Origin: Epithemia pelagica
Lineage: Eukaryota; Protista; Bacillariophyta
Direction of reading: 5' to 3'
DNA length: 64,000 nt
Assembly (NCBI GenBank): GCA_946965045.2
Contig: OX337230.1
Span: forward strand, 1,922,001 to 1,986,000
Shown: piece after piece, positions 42,680-53,600 of the stretch
Numbering within the stretch: the stretch's first letter is position 1
How the letters are laid out: every line of letters begins with the position of its first letter
Position numbers and translations under genes: made by a program
Notes under the pieces: model-generated
What the model was told of the DNA's origin: nothing
Database searches by the model: none
The model's input: the letters and a program-made list of their open reading frames with translations, nothing else

Positions 42680-44848
42680 ATGTCGACGGAAGAAAGAATT
42701 TATGTTGGTGGCATGGATCCCAATCGTTTATCTGTTCAAGAAGTTTTGGATCGGGTCCGACGACATTTTGAAGGATCGGGCTATTGTAACCAATGGTCCC
42801 TGCACAATGTACATGTGGGATCGTGCTATTTTCAAGCTACCGTATCTCGTCAAGAGGAGGATCAGACCACAAAGAGTGCTTTGGAGGAAGCCAAATCCTT
42901 GCTGCACAATGTCAAATGGAAAGGTTGTAAGCTTCGGGTAGAACCCGCCTGTCTCAATTTCTTGGATCGACTGGCGCAGGAACGGGAAGAACGGAAGAAG
43001 CGGAAACGACCAGTCTCCACAACTCACGATCATCCTCTTCCTGAAGGCGAGGCTACCATACAAGGGGATGTTAATACCTCTCCGACTCATGATGATCGAA
43101 GCTCAGTGAACCGATCTTCACAGTCAGCACCACCGCAACAACAACGACGACGACGGCATTATAAGATTCGTCGTGGATATGGAGAAACGGTATGGCATGT
43201 GGATACAAAACCCTATCAAGTGTCGGATTATGCAAGCTTTTGCAAACTCCGAAAAAAGCTACAAAGACGGCAGCAACACTACGACCAAAAGTTGGCCACA
43301 GCCGTTGCTCAGTCGTCGAAAAAGCAGGCCTTGTCGTCCAACACTCTTGAACAGATTCGTACTGCCAAGCGTGCCGGAACACGTGCAATTCACTGGCGTC
43401 ATGTCGTGCCGACCCAAGAAACAGAGGACAAGGAAAGTCTGATTATCACCAAAGAGAGCGCTCCGAATCAAGCCGAAGGTACTCCTCCAACGTTGGTGGA
43501 AGAAGCCAATGTTGTGGGTGAGTCGGAGGAGGATCCTAGCGACAGCAGTGGCGAAGAAAGCTCAGAGCACGGAAGCAGCAGCCATTCGAAGGCGAACAAC
43601 GTCCAAGACAGTCCGCCACGCTCTCTGGATGTCGATGCTTCCTCCGAGTCGGAAGACGAAACCGAGGATCGAGCGGAGAGTGGTGCGGAGAAGGACGAAA
43701 CTACCCAGAAACAAGACAAGTACGTTTGGTCCACAGATGAAGATTCCAGTGAAGACGATGAAGATTACGATGCTACAGAACGAATGGAACTTGACAGCAA
43801 CCGACCGACAAAGAATCTGTTGAAGGAGAAATGGAATGCCATGGATGAATTTGATGGGGGTGGAACCAGCAACATTGCTCCCAGTACTCTGACCTCCCAA
43901 TCGGAAGAGCAAACGACAGACATGGCACAGGAGGACTGGGACTTGGATAAGGAAGACAAATCACACCGAAATGTTCTAGCACAGCTCTTTCCAGATCTCG
44001 AAAATGAGCTCCAACAAAAACGCCGCAATGCAGCATCGGAAGCATCGCGTCCACGGACGGGCTGGGCGGCCACGGGCGAAATGTTGCGGTTTGACCCTAC
44101 GAAACAATCGTCGCAACAATTTATCATGGTGGACGAGGACGAGGGTAACAATGGCACCACCATGTCCTCGTCATCTCCAACTGGACTGCAAGATGGAGAA
44201 GAAGAGGAGGAGGAAGAAGAAAGTCTTACCGGTATCAATGGCGATGACCAACCGAATCACGATTCAAAGGATGCGATGGAAGAAACCATTCCGGAAGATC
44301 ATGGGGACAACAAAGCGATATACAGACAGGGTGAATTGGAAGCAGTGTTCCGAGAGGCCCGTGAAGAAGACGCTGCTGTTGTTGTATTGGAGAGCGCCGC
44401 AGCAGCCGCAGATGCAGCTCCTGGTGGCTTTTCCTTTGCCTTCAATCTAGGCCCCAGTGATGACCTCGCACAGAAATCTGTAAATGCTGATACGCAAGAA
44501 TTTTCAATTCCTGTTCCTGGTGTGGAAGCGACTGATTCCAAAAGCAGCACTGCAATGGATGGTGGCACGACTGACAGTCCCAAAGCAGCTACCGTTTCTC
44601 GGAAACGACATTTCAGTACTGGTTTTTCAAAGGAAGAGTTGGACCAATACGTACGTGCATTCTACGAATTTGATGACGGAAAGCGAATGCTTCGTGACCT
44701 TGAAGGATACCGAAAGGATCCTGCTGTCCAAGAAAGCTGGGACGAAAAGCGAAGAACTCTTACTTTGGATTGGAAAAGAAAACGAAAGGCTGCTATATCG
44801 AAACGACGGGCAAATCACCACGCTCGAGGAGGAGCCTCTCATTCTTGA
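42680..44848 (+). CDS. Nucleolar protein 8 (NOL8)-like RRM protein
   Basis: N-terminal RRM RIYVGG...L.NVKWKGCKLRVEPA..NFLDRLAQERE, acidic disordered middle, C-terminal W...R..LTLDWKRKRKAA. Confidence 0.7.
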   Translation: MSTEERIYVGGMDPNRLSVQEVLDRVRRHFEGSGYCNQWSLHNVHVGSCYFQATVSRQEEDQTTKSALEEAKSLLHNVKWKGCKLRVEPACLNFLDRLAQEREERKKRKRPVSTTHDHPLPEGEATIQGDVNTSPTHDDRSSVNRSSQSAPPQQQRRRRHYKIRRGYGETVWHVDTKPYQVSDYASFCKLRKKLQRRQQHYDQKLATAVAQSSKKQALSSNTLEQIRTAKRAGTRAIHWRHVVPTQETEDKESLIITKESAPNQAEGTPPTLVEEANVVGESEEDPSDSSGEESSEHGSSSHSKANNVQDSPPRSLDVDASSESEDETEDRAESGAEKDETTQKQDKYVWSTDEDSSEDDEDYDATERMELDSNRPTKNLLKEKWNAMDEFDGGGTSNIAPSTLTSQSEEQTTDMAQEDWDLDKEDKSHRNVLAQLFPDLENELQQKRRNAASEASRPRTGWAATGEMLRFDPTKQSSQQFIMVDEDEGNNGTTMSSSSPTGLQDGEEEEEEEESLTGINGDDQPNHDSKDAMEETIPEDHGDNKAIYRQGELEAVFREAREEDAAVVVLESAAAAADAAPGGFSFAFNLGPSDDLAQKSVNADTQEFSIPVPGVEATDSKSSTAMDGGTTDSPKAATVSRKRHFSTGFSKEELDQYVRAFYEFDDGKRMLRDLEGYRKDPAVQESWDEKRRTLTLDWKRKRKAAISKRRANHHARGGASHS

Positions 44849-45084
44849 TTTGTGAATGCAACTGATGTCAAGGTACACGTTCTAAAATCTAACTGGGCGT
44901 CGTAGGTGTAGTATTTGTGGTACTTGCATTATGGAGCGCCTTCATATACAATTATGGCAGAAAACTAGCTCAAGAGCCCAAACCTTTCAAGGTTTCTTTC
45001 TTGAAATAACATTACCCGTACATCAGATCATTGCGATCTTCTGGTGTGGATCAAGTCCGGTCAGAGTTGGTCCGTAAACATGAC

Positions 45085-45684
45085 TTAGATACATTCTACT
45101 TCGTCGGGCCGAAAATGCATCAGAAAGGAGCAAGGTGCACTGTATCCTTCTTCAGTATGCTCACCAGGTACAAATTTGACTTGAACGGGAAAATTGGCAC
45201 TTATTTCATCCACATTGTAGACTTTGGTAATGGTGCCACGAAGTCCAACGGGCAAGTCCAAATGCCGCATGGATACATCGGAGACGAATTCTTTGTTTTC
45301 ACTGAACCAACCTCGTCCAGACTTAGAGACTTGATGTGCCTTGATATTCCCCATCGATACTCTTGCAATGTTTCCAACCAAGAACTCCGCTCCGTTATTG
45401 TCTACAATAGGTCCAGAAGAATCTGCAGTCTCTTCTTCTTGTACCTCGGTGAAGAATTCACTGAACCAAACTCTGGTTGGAGAGGACTTCGTTGCCCTAT
45501 ATTGTCCCTTCTGTACTCTTATCCGAGAGTATCGTGAGCCAGGTGACGAGCCTACACCCACAGTGTAGGCCTCCGAAGGGGATATTATCGCCACCAACGA
45601 TAATGCACTGCAGATGAGTTGCCAAAACGGATTTGACAACAGATGAGTTCTCATGGTTCGAGAATTTACGTTATGACAGGTCAA
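45085..45684 (-). CDS. Ferredoxin-thioredoxin reductase variable (alpha) chain-like protein, plastid-targeted
   Basis: Signal-like LICSALSLVAIISPSEA|YT; C-terminal VGLRGTI.KV...ISANFPVQVKF...F.MHF..DEVE.I matching the FTR-V SH3-like fold. Confidence 0.7.
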   Translation of the reverse strand: MTCHNVNSRTMRTHLLSNPFWQLICSALSLVAIISPSEAYTVGVGSSPGSRYSRIRVQKGQYRATKSSPTRVWFSEFFTEVQEEETADSSGPIVDNNGAEFLVGNIARVSMGNIKAHQVSKSGRGWFSENKEFVSDVSMRHLDLPVGLRGTITKVYNVDEISANFPVQVKFVPGEHTEEGYSAPCSFLMHFRPDEVECI

Positions 45685-46197
45685 GACGCTTTCGCGTAGA
45701 GCGTATCGATCGAGACGAAGTTCTGAATTGTTTTGATGTCAAGAGAGTGGTGAAGGTGACCACGATGCTGTTGATGATAGTTCCCATGGTCGACGGTCGT
45801 TGGCATCAACGATCAACGCGCAGACGCACATAACCCAGATGCGAACAGATGGTCGATGACGTCACGAAATATCCTAGGAGTAGGAGAGTCCGCGAAATCC
45901 GAAAGGTTTATGGCGAAAGGTAGGTTGCGTAGTCTTGTTACTCCTAGGAGTAGTTCTTTGAAGACCATGAGGTAGAGGTCTAGAGGAGTCCTATCTAGGA
46001 GTAGGAGCTTGGATTTAGGAATTCAGGACATCTTTATAACTTGTCATTCATGTGGGCAATCAACTTTGAATAAGTCTCTGCGTCACGCTCTAATTTGTTG
46101 TAATGTTATTAATGCAAAAAAACGGAATCAAGCACATGGGCTCACAACGCTTCTTCCTCCTACAGTCTGGACAAAGGTGAGTCTCTACGACCAGTGA

Positions 46198-48819
46198 CTA
46201 TATCGGAGCCGGCGTGGGTGCAGAATTGGTCCGTTCCGGATTGCCTGCCATCTCTGTTACCAGGTTAGGATCAAACGATCGCGTTGAGCGAGTGTAATTC
46301 AATTCCCAGAGTCCTTCAAAGAATTGAAGATAGGTTGGTATGGCATCTTCAAAACAAAAGGCATCGGCACCCGCTGTAGCCGATCGATCACAACACTTGG
46401 GACAGCACGTTGTTTTGTCGCAAAATACCAAGTCATCACAGTCCAGTGCCATTAATTCCATCGCTGTCGCTTTTTGACAGATTGGATCCATTTGACCGTC
46501 GGTTCCAGTGTCATACAAGGTAAACATTTTGAGTTTGTCTCCACCCACAATACCGTCCGGAAGTGAACCAACCAGAGCGGAATTGTTATGCAGCAAGAGA
46601 TAGTTCAAATTCGGAAGGTTGAATAATTGAGGGATTAACCTGCCCTCCATCTTGTTGTTGGAAAAATCCAAAAAGATCAAGGAAGTCAAATACTCGATCC
46701 AGATGGGGAGTTGACCCGTTACTTGCATGTTTGTCACACTGAATTCTTGCAACTGTTTCAATTCCACAGCGAAAGTGGGGACAGCGCCGGGAAGAATATT
46801 GGGATTGTTGCCAATGAACAGGTACTTCAAGTTCTTTAGACTTTGCATCTCCGAGGGCCAAAAGCCAGTAAACTTATTTCCTTGAAGATCCAAATGCTCC
46901 AAGGCTCTCAGAGAAGGAAAACCTGTGCTCTCAATCAACCCAGTGAGCTTGTTGTCACGAAGAGACAAAAACTTGAGAACGTTATTGGTGTTCAAACCAC
47001 CGGGAATATAGGACTCCATGTCATTAGCGGCAAAGTCCAAAATCGTGAGCGTGGGATGCTGGAGCAATTTCAAGGGGAAGGAAGCCGTGGACGGTGCCGT
47101 AAAGGAATTTCCACTCAAATCCACTTCCCGCAAGACGTTGAGGTTACTCAAAAAGTTGTCGTCCACTTGATCCGAAAAGCTATTTCGATCGGCATAGAGA
47201 TACTCCAAGGATGTGAGGGAATTGACAGTTCCACTAAAATCGCCCGTCAACATGTTGTCATCAATGGCCAGGGTCTTGAGATTTGTCAGAGATGACATAC
47301 TGGGAGGTAATCCGCGTTCCAAGTAATTGTTTGAGAGGCCGAGGACTTGAAGTTCCGAAAGTGTCTGGAACATGTTGGGAATACGATTCTGGAAAAAGTT
47401 GAATTTCAAGTCCAGATATTCCAAATTGACGAGATTGAACATTGTCGGAGGGATGGTACCAGCCAATTGGTTGTGAGGCATGGCGAGAAGATTCAGTGCC
47501 GTCAAATGTCCAATTTCTTTGGGAAGAGGACCTTGCAGTTGATTGGATGGTAAGAGAAGATTGACCACCTCCAAATCGCCATTGCATGTGACACCCAACA
47601 CATGAGTTTTATCGGGGCTTCCAAAGTTGGCCACTGGTCTTTCAGGCCCAAACCACGAACACTCATTCGTCTCGGTCAAAAAGCCAAGCTTGTCTCGCCA
47701 TGACGAGTTACCATTCGTCGAGTAGTATAGTGTCGCTAACGCAAAGCGCTGTACAAAAAACTTGGCGTTGGGATCTTGCATGGAAGCTGGAACTTCGAGA
47801 ACCAATCCATCCAGTTGGGCAATCCAAGTGGCCGCCATGTATTGTGGACTACTGGGAATATTGAGTTCTTCTGGATTCGTCATGAGGTACTTTGTGATAA
47901 AGTCGTAGGTTTTCTCCAAGCGTGAAAGAGGTGGCTGGCCGTCCTTGGTGGGAACCTCACCCGAGTGAGAACTGTCCTTGTGATCTCCGCGGACCGTCTT
48001 GACAATGATTGCCACAATCATACCACCCATGACACAAAGTAAAATAACAATGAGTACTTTGGCCATTAAAGAACATAGTTCTCGACGAACCAAGTGCTTC
48101 GACTGTTTGTTCTTGTTTCGGTCAATACTTTCGTGGCGTCTCGAAGAGGACTCGGTGGCCCTGGTGGTAGACCCTGGTGCCCGTTGTACCGCAAAGGGAT
48201 CGTGGCTACTGCTTCCCCAGGACGTTGTCTTGTTGGCTGAATGAAGAAGCGATGCGGCATAGGTTCGAGCCTCTTCAATGGCAGGCAAGGAGTGCTGGTC
48301 ACTGCTCCCCGTTCGAGCGTGTCCACGGTCACTGTACTTGTTGGGATCAAAGCCAAAGCGACGCGAACCATCCTTTCGTGTTTTGTGGCTCTTTGGATTG
48401 TCTTGATAGTAATGCGAAGGTTCCAGATTGCTTTTCTTTTCTTCATTGGCATTGTCACTCAAGAAACTGACCGATTCTTGATTCTCCACATCATTGTCAT
48501 CATTGTCCGTGTAGGTTCCTCGTGATCCTCCACTGTTGTACACAGTGCCGCCGTGGTAGTCAAAGGGAGTCGTCGTCGTCGGAGCAGCAGCAGAGGAGGA
48601 AGAAGAGGCATTGGGAGACAATTGCAAATCGGAAATGTCATTCAACAATCGTTCGGTCGATTGACGATCGTACCGATAGTCCGTGGTGGAATCGGTGCTG
48701 GGGGCCTCGCTCTTGCGCGCTGGTTGAGAAGGTGGCATATCGCCAGGATCAATCACATTGGGTGTTTCAAAGGCAAATCGATCGGATCCCAACATGATGC
48801 TGTTGCTCTCGAATCGCAA
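46198..48819 (-). CDS. Leucine-rich-repeat receptor-like protein with single TM (single exon)
   Basis: TM VLIVILLCVMGGMIVAIIV; SPQYMAATWIA..D / QRFALATLYYSTNG..W...LGFL....ECSWFG cap; many LxxLxLxxNxLxG repeats; Cys-rich tail. Same architecture as 35566-37876. Confidence 0.88.
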   Translation of the reverse strand: MRFESNSIMLGSDRFAFETPNVIDPGDMPPSQPARKSEAPSTDSTTDYRYDRQSTERLLNDISDLQLSPNASSSSSAAAPTTTTPFDYHGGTVYNSGGSRGTYTDNDDNDVENQESVSFLSDNANEEKKSNLEPSHYYQDNPKSHKTRKDGSRRFGFDPNKYSDRGHARTGSSDQHSLPAIEEARTYAASLLHSANKTTSWGSSSHDPFAVQRAPGSTTRATESSSRRHESIDRNKNKQSKHLVRRELCSLMAKVLIVILLCVMGGMIVAIIVKTVRGDHKDSSHSGEVPTKDGQPPLSRLEKTYDFITKYLMTNPEELNIPSSPQYMAATWIAQLDGLVLEVPASMQDPNAKFFVQRFALATLYYSTNGNSSWRDKLGFLTETNECSWFGPERPVANFGSPDKTHVLGVTCNGDLEVVNLLLPSNQLQGPLPKEIGHLTALNLLAMPHNQLAGTIPPTMFNLVNLEYLDLKFNFFQNRIPNMFQTLSELQVLGLSNNYLERGLPPSMSSLTNLKTLAIDDNMLTGDFSGTVNSLTSLEYLYADRNSFSDQVDDNFLSNLNVLREVDLSGNSFTAPSTASFPLKLLQHPTLTILDFAANDMESYIPGGLNTNNVLKFLSLRDNKLTGLIESTGFPSLRALEHLDLQGNKFTGFWPSEMQSLKNLKYLFIGNNPNILPGAVPTFAVELKQLQEFSVTNMQVTGQLPIWIEYLTSLIFLDFSNNKMEGRLIPQLFNLPNLNYLLLHNNSALVGSLPDGIVGGDKLKMFTLYDTGTDGQMDPICQKATAMELMALDCDDLVFCDKTTCCPKCCDRSATAGADAFCFEDAIPTYLQFFEGLWELNYTRSTRSFDPNLVTEMAGNPERTNSAPTPAPI

Positions 48820-49962
48820 TCGTGAATTGATTCAATACTTGTGAGTTGATGGCAGTGAGTTGTAAAGGTTGGGGTCCAACGAGAATAACAACAACAGCAA
48901 CACAAAAGGTGAAGGCCCTTTTCAAATGCCAAAGGCCCGTACGCGTCTTGTCTCTAGATAGACAAGTCAATCCAGCCAATATACCCGAAAAAGATTCAAC
49001 TCTACAGTATTCTGTGGTAGACGTGTGGGACGGCGAAGGTGACTCTTGAGACGAGATAACAGTCTCACAGAGGCTTGTGCATTGCCTTCTTTGGAATAAT
49101 TGCAGAGGACAGTGCACTCGTTTGTGGTTACTCACAATTTTGTTGTCGTGCATCCCTGTCGGCTCGGCAGCAAAAGAACAAGAGCACAACTGAAGAGGGG
49201 GAATGCGCGGAGGGAACAGTCGATGTATTGTATGTGTGATACGGGTCCAACCACGTAGAAGACTCGGCCGGCGTTCCAAAGCCGATGTTGCGGGAATGAA
49301 TTTCAATCATGTCAAGGATCCACACAAGACTGAGTATCGTATCTGAAAACTGACGCTTGTGGAGGTAGGGGTAGACTTCCCCAGCTACCGGCGACAGTCG
49401 AACTTTGTCTTTGTCCACTCTAGAGATAACATACTTCTCCTATTACAGAAGGAAGTAGTCACAATCCTTTTTACAAGATGCCAACGATGAAAAAGGCAAG
49501 CGGGTCCTGACGACATTGATGAAGAAGGAGAATATCCATTGGTGGAAAGAATAGAAAGTTGCTGCATTTGCATTTGGGGCTTTGACAAGCAGCCTCCGAT
49601 CCGGTTTCTCTTTTGAGTTGGAAATGATCTGGGACTTTCTTCATGGTCCACATTTTGTTCATCCTATGATCAAGTCACGTACTTCTAGAGACTCTAGCTA
49701 GCTAGAGAGGCCGGTGCCGTCCGCTACCATTGTTCACTTAACACTTACTCCCAATAAGTGCAAGCCTTTGCCAAACGAGTCTTGGAACGAATCCGTCCAC
49801 TTCCTAGCGTGCCATCACATATCTCAACATAAATCCATAGGGCGTCGTCAAAAAGATACCACAAGTGCATTCCTGTTGATGACAACAAGTCCTCGTCCTC
49901 GACATCCTCCAGCGAGTGAATACACAACAACTTGGTGTTTCGGAATCACGAGTACCGAGAAG

Positions 49963-50469
49963 ATGAAGAATTGGATGGTCTTTGGCATTGCGGTGTTTGC
50001 CGCCCTGCTTCGTTCTGGCAGTGCCTTTGTGCCTTTGGTTCCACCGGTTCCCCAAACTCGATGCCGAGAGGCCTTGTCTCATCATCACATGCAGCAGCAG
50101 CAAGTGAGTGACGACGACAACGATTCCTCTGTAGTAAACTTAGCGACGCCTGGCCATCATGAGCGACGAGCTTTTGTGCAACATTCCTTGCTGGCCGGAC
50201 TCGCATTCGGGATGGCATCATGGCCCGTGAAACAGGCCGTGGCGGCCGATGACGAGGCCACCGTCACCTTGCACATTGTCGACTATCCCAAGGCGGGAGC
50301 ATGTGGAGAAGTTCAAACGACGGAACAAAAAGCATTCTTTGCCAAAAAGTTTGGTGGACTCCAGGATGGGTCCTGTTCCGTGGAGGGATATACGGTAGAC
50401 GCAGGAACGGCCAATGGACTCAATGATAAGGACAAGGAAAAGGTGTACAAAATCTATGGAAAAGAATAG
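49963..50469 (+). CDS. Small thylakoid-lumen protein of unknown function (tripartite leader with Tat signal)
   Basis: MKNWMVFGIAVFAALLRSGSA|FVP (ASAFAP), then ERRAFVQHSLLAGLAFGMASWPVKQAVA|A (RR, hydrophobic core, AxA). Mature part about 65 aa with two Cys. Confidence 0.8.
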   Translation: MKNWMVFGIAVFAALLRSGSAFVPLVPPVPQTRCREALSHHHMQQQQVSDDDNDSSVVNLATPGHHERRAFVQHSLLAGLAFGMASWPVKQAVAADDEATVTLHIVDYPKAGACGEVQTTEQKAFFAKKFGGLQDGSCSVEGYTVDAGTANGLNDKDKEKVYKIYGKE

Positions 50470-50675
50470 AAACAGGCTCGATCGAGATTTCTACGCAAAT
50501 GGATCAACTGATCAACCGCCAAGTTTGACTGCACACACCATAGAGTACAAGCACAGTAATGGATATAGCAGTAACGGATATACCTAGCTCGGAGATCATC
50601 CATGAGTTAATGTTACTTTATCATATCCCTTATCCCTGCATCATCTGACAACTACGTATTTTAAGAAAGCCAGTC

Positions 50676-53600
50676 TCATGCTTTGACGCTGTTTGGTATC
50701 TCAACTCCCAAGGCCCTTGAAGAAAGCACGTTCGTCACATGGTGAACGTCCATGAGGCCACTTTGACCCCAGCGATTAAAGTAGTCGGAAAAGGCGGCCG
50801 TAAAGAAATAGTGATCCCGAACTTCGACTTTGCTACGACGTGTCGAACGCCTCGATTGTATCCGTGTCGACGGTTGTGTACTGGGCGGCGATTCGAGCGC
50901 AAACCGATCCGCGGCCTCTTCATGAACAGCCATGCGACGGAGCATGGGAATGTAGTCGAGTACCAGACGAGCATCCAACTGTTCGGCTGTTTCCACATGC
51001 ATATTGTCCAACTTGCGAGACAATCCTCGCGCAAACAAACGATCTCGACACTGCGTCACATAAAAGAATATTTTGTCAAACAAGTGGACCCAGTTGGAGT
51101 AATGATTCAGTTGTTCCACGTCCAGACACATCCATGCTGGTGGGGAGTTGCTCAACAAACAGAGATGTGACGCAAGGTCCTGTAGGGTGGATGTTCCGGT
51201 GCGTGGGAGCAGCATATCTTCGTGACACTGTTCGGGAGGGACCCAATCCTCTTGGTCATAGGGCTTGTCATCCTCTCCATCAGCCATCATGGCGGGAGTA
51301 TCATTTTGTCCGCGTTCGGTTTGTTCCACCCTATTGTACAGTCGGCGCTCTCGACGAGAGGATGGGAGACACATGAAGGCATCGGGAGCTCCATAGTAGA
51401 AACAATTGTCTTTCCATCCAAGATCAAAGAGTTTGCTTTCACTCATGCTGCATCCGAATCCACAGTTCAAGAGGTATTGAATGAGCGTGAGCATTATTCT
51501 ATATACAGATCGCCTTTTTAGGCAAACGTGACGCAGGGATGAAACTTACAATTCACTCTTGTCGCTCGTACGCAGATGTACGGCATCTGTCATTTCCAAC
51601 CCAAAGCCTCGGCAGGAACCAGCCAAAACGGGGAAACTCTGATTCCAGCCAGACTCGAACCATGCCGCATCGCTTGCCAATCGTGCGCGGTACGCGGCTT
51701 GTTCCATGTCCGCCACGTCCATGCCTCGTTCGTCGGCTGCCATTTCCTGGGATGGTACGACAGGGTCAGGATTGCGAGATTTCCAGGCATCCACACCCTC
51801 TTGCATGAGATTTGCCACGATTTCATTCGATTCTTGTTGGGTTGGTTGTCCCCTGTTCGTCGCAGCTTGCGGCGGGAACCGAATTTCTACAACCAATGGC
51901 TTGGTAGTAGAGACAACTCGTGTCCCATCACCGAATTGCTCCATTCCCAGAGATCCTTCCGTTGTGCTGAGAACACCACGTTTGTCGACGCTGCTCAACA
52001 CAAGGGGCACAATCTCCCGATCCTCGTTATCGACATCGTCGTCAAAAAGCTTGGGCGTGTTCGAATCCGAGGGACGATCGCAACAAGGCGCGTACACGAC
52101 GAGAAGGGTTTCATCATCCAACACACAGGCATCCGGTGCCAGCCGACCATGGATATGAACCTGAACCTTGTATCCCCCACCATGGCTTCGTTGACACGAC
52201 TGGGACGACGACGACGGGACCAAGGACAAAAATCCACTTCCCTGTAGAGTCAAAAGTGAATATTCATGAAACGGTACATGATCCGGTTTGACACTTTGTA
52301 CCACGACACTGGTACTAGGGACGTTCGCTGGAAGGGGCGACACGAGTCGAGGCGGTTCATGTGTGAGCAAACCAGCAACCGGGGGTGGTTCGTCTTGTCG
52401 GTCACGCCCTGCATCTGCAACTCGTTCGAGAAAGGATTGGAGTTGGTTGCAAAATCGTCGCATATCACTACCAAGCAACGTGGCACAAGCTTTCAGCAAA
52501 CTGACATGGACAGCCTGTTCTTCCAAACCCTCCTTGCGCAGAATGTGCTGCATCCGTAGGACCGATTCGTCCAGGGTGGGACGTTCGAGTTCAATGTGAT
52601 TGTACCGAAACGACTTTAACTTGTCGGGAACCGAATGAGACGTGAGAACAATGGGACACTTGGCTTTTCGAGATTTGGTCAGGTCGGCCAGAGCAGACCA
52701 AAATCCAGTGTCTTGCTCGTACAACAGATCTACCTCATCAATCAAAATGACGGTAAGGCTATCTTTCCCCACTGGTTCTTCTGCGTCTTCTTCGTCCTCG
52801 CTGTCGACCAGTTCTTCTTCTTTTTCTTCTTCTTTGGACCACAGGGTCTGCAATTGTTGTTTCTTTTTTTTCAATAAATCCACCGACGAATGGGATTGCG
52901 TCGCCTCCTCCAACAGTTGTTTGATCTTGGCTCCACTGCGCGTGTCGGACGTGTTGAGTTCGAGCATTTGACACTGACAGTGTTTGGTAACGGCATGGAC
53001 CAAACTGGTTTTCCCACTGGCAATGGGTCCCGTGACCAGCATGAGATTGCGCAAGACGGAATCATCGTCCTCCCTGCGGTTGCCCTCCATCCACCAATCG
53101 TCATCGTCGTCAATATTGGCTTTTCGCTTGTTGTTGCCCCGTTTTTTGATTCGTTTGGGCTTGGAGGATTGAAGGAGTCGTTCTTGTCGTTCGGCCATGC
53201 GTTGATTGGCCCTGTGTCGTTCCGCCTTCCATGCTTCGATAAACTCCAACAGCTCCTTGGCACCATGGCGCAAGGTCTCGCAGACAATCCCCGTGTCGGG
53301 ATCCTCCAACTCGGCCTCTGAGATGCGATACTGTTCGGCCAGGACCTGCCCCGATTCCAAGGGAATCCGTCTCGGTTCGTGGTGCGCAGAGGCGAGCAAA
53401 CGAGTCATGACGGTGGCCACTGGATCCACAGCAGCCATTGGTCTCCTCGAATCCGTGGACTCCATGGCAGAGGAGATGGGAAGGAGTGCCACAGGATTCG
53501 TTGGGTCGACCATGGGAACTGGGGACGATACCGGCTCGTTGCTCCTGCCCCATTTCTCCAAACAGCAAGATTCGTCCAGGACAATGACATGTTCGTTGTG

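Noticed and set aside
48846-49662. Short ORFs between the LRR and Tat-protein genes
   Set aside because: Manual translation gave no recognisable family or coherent exon chain.
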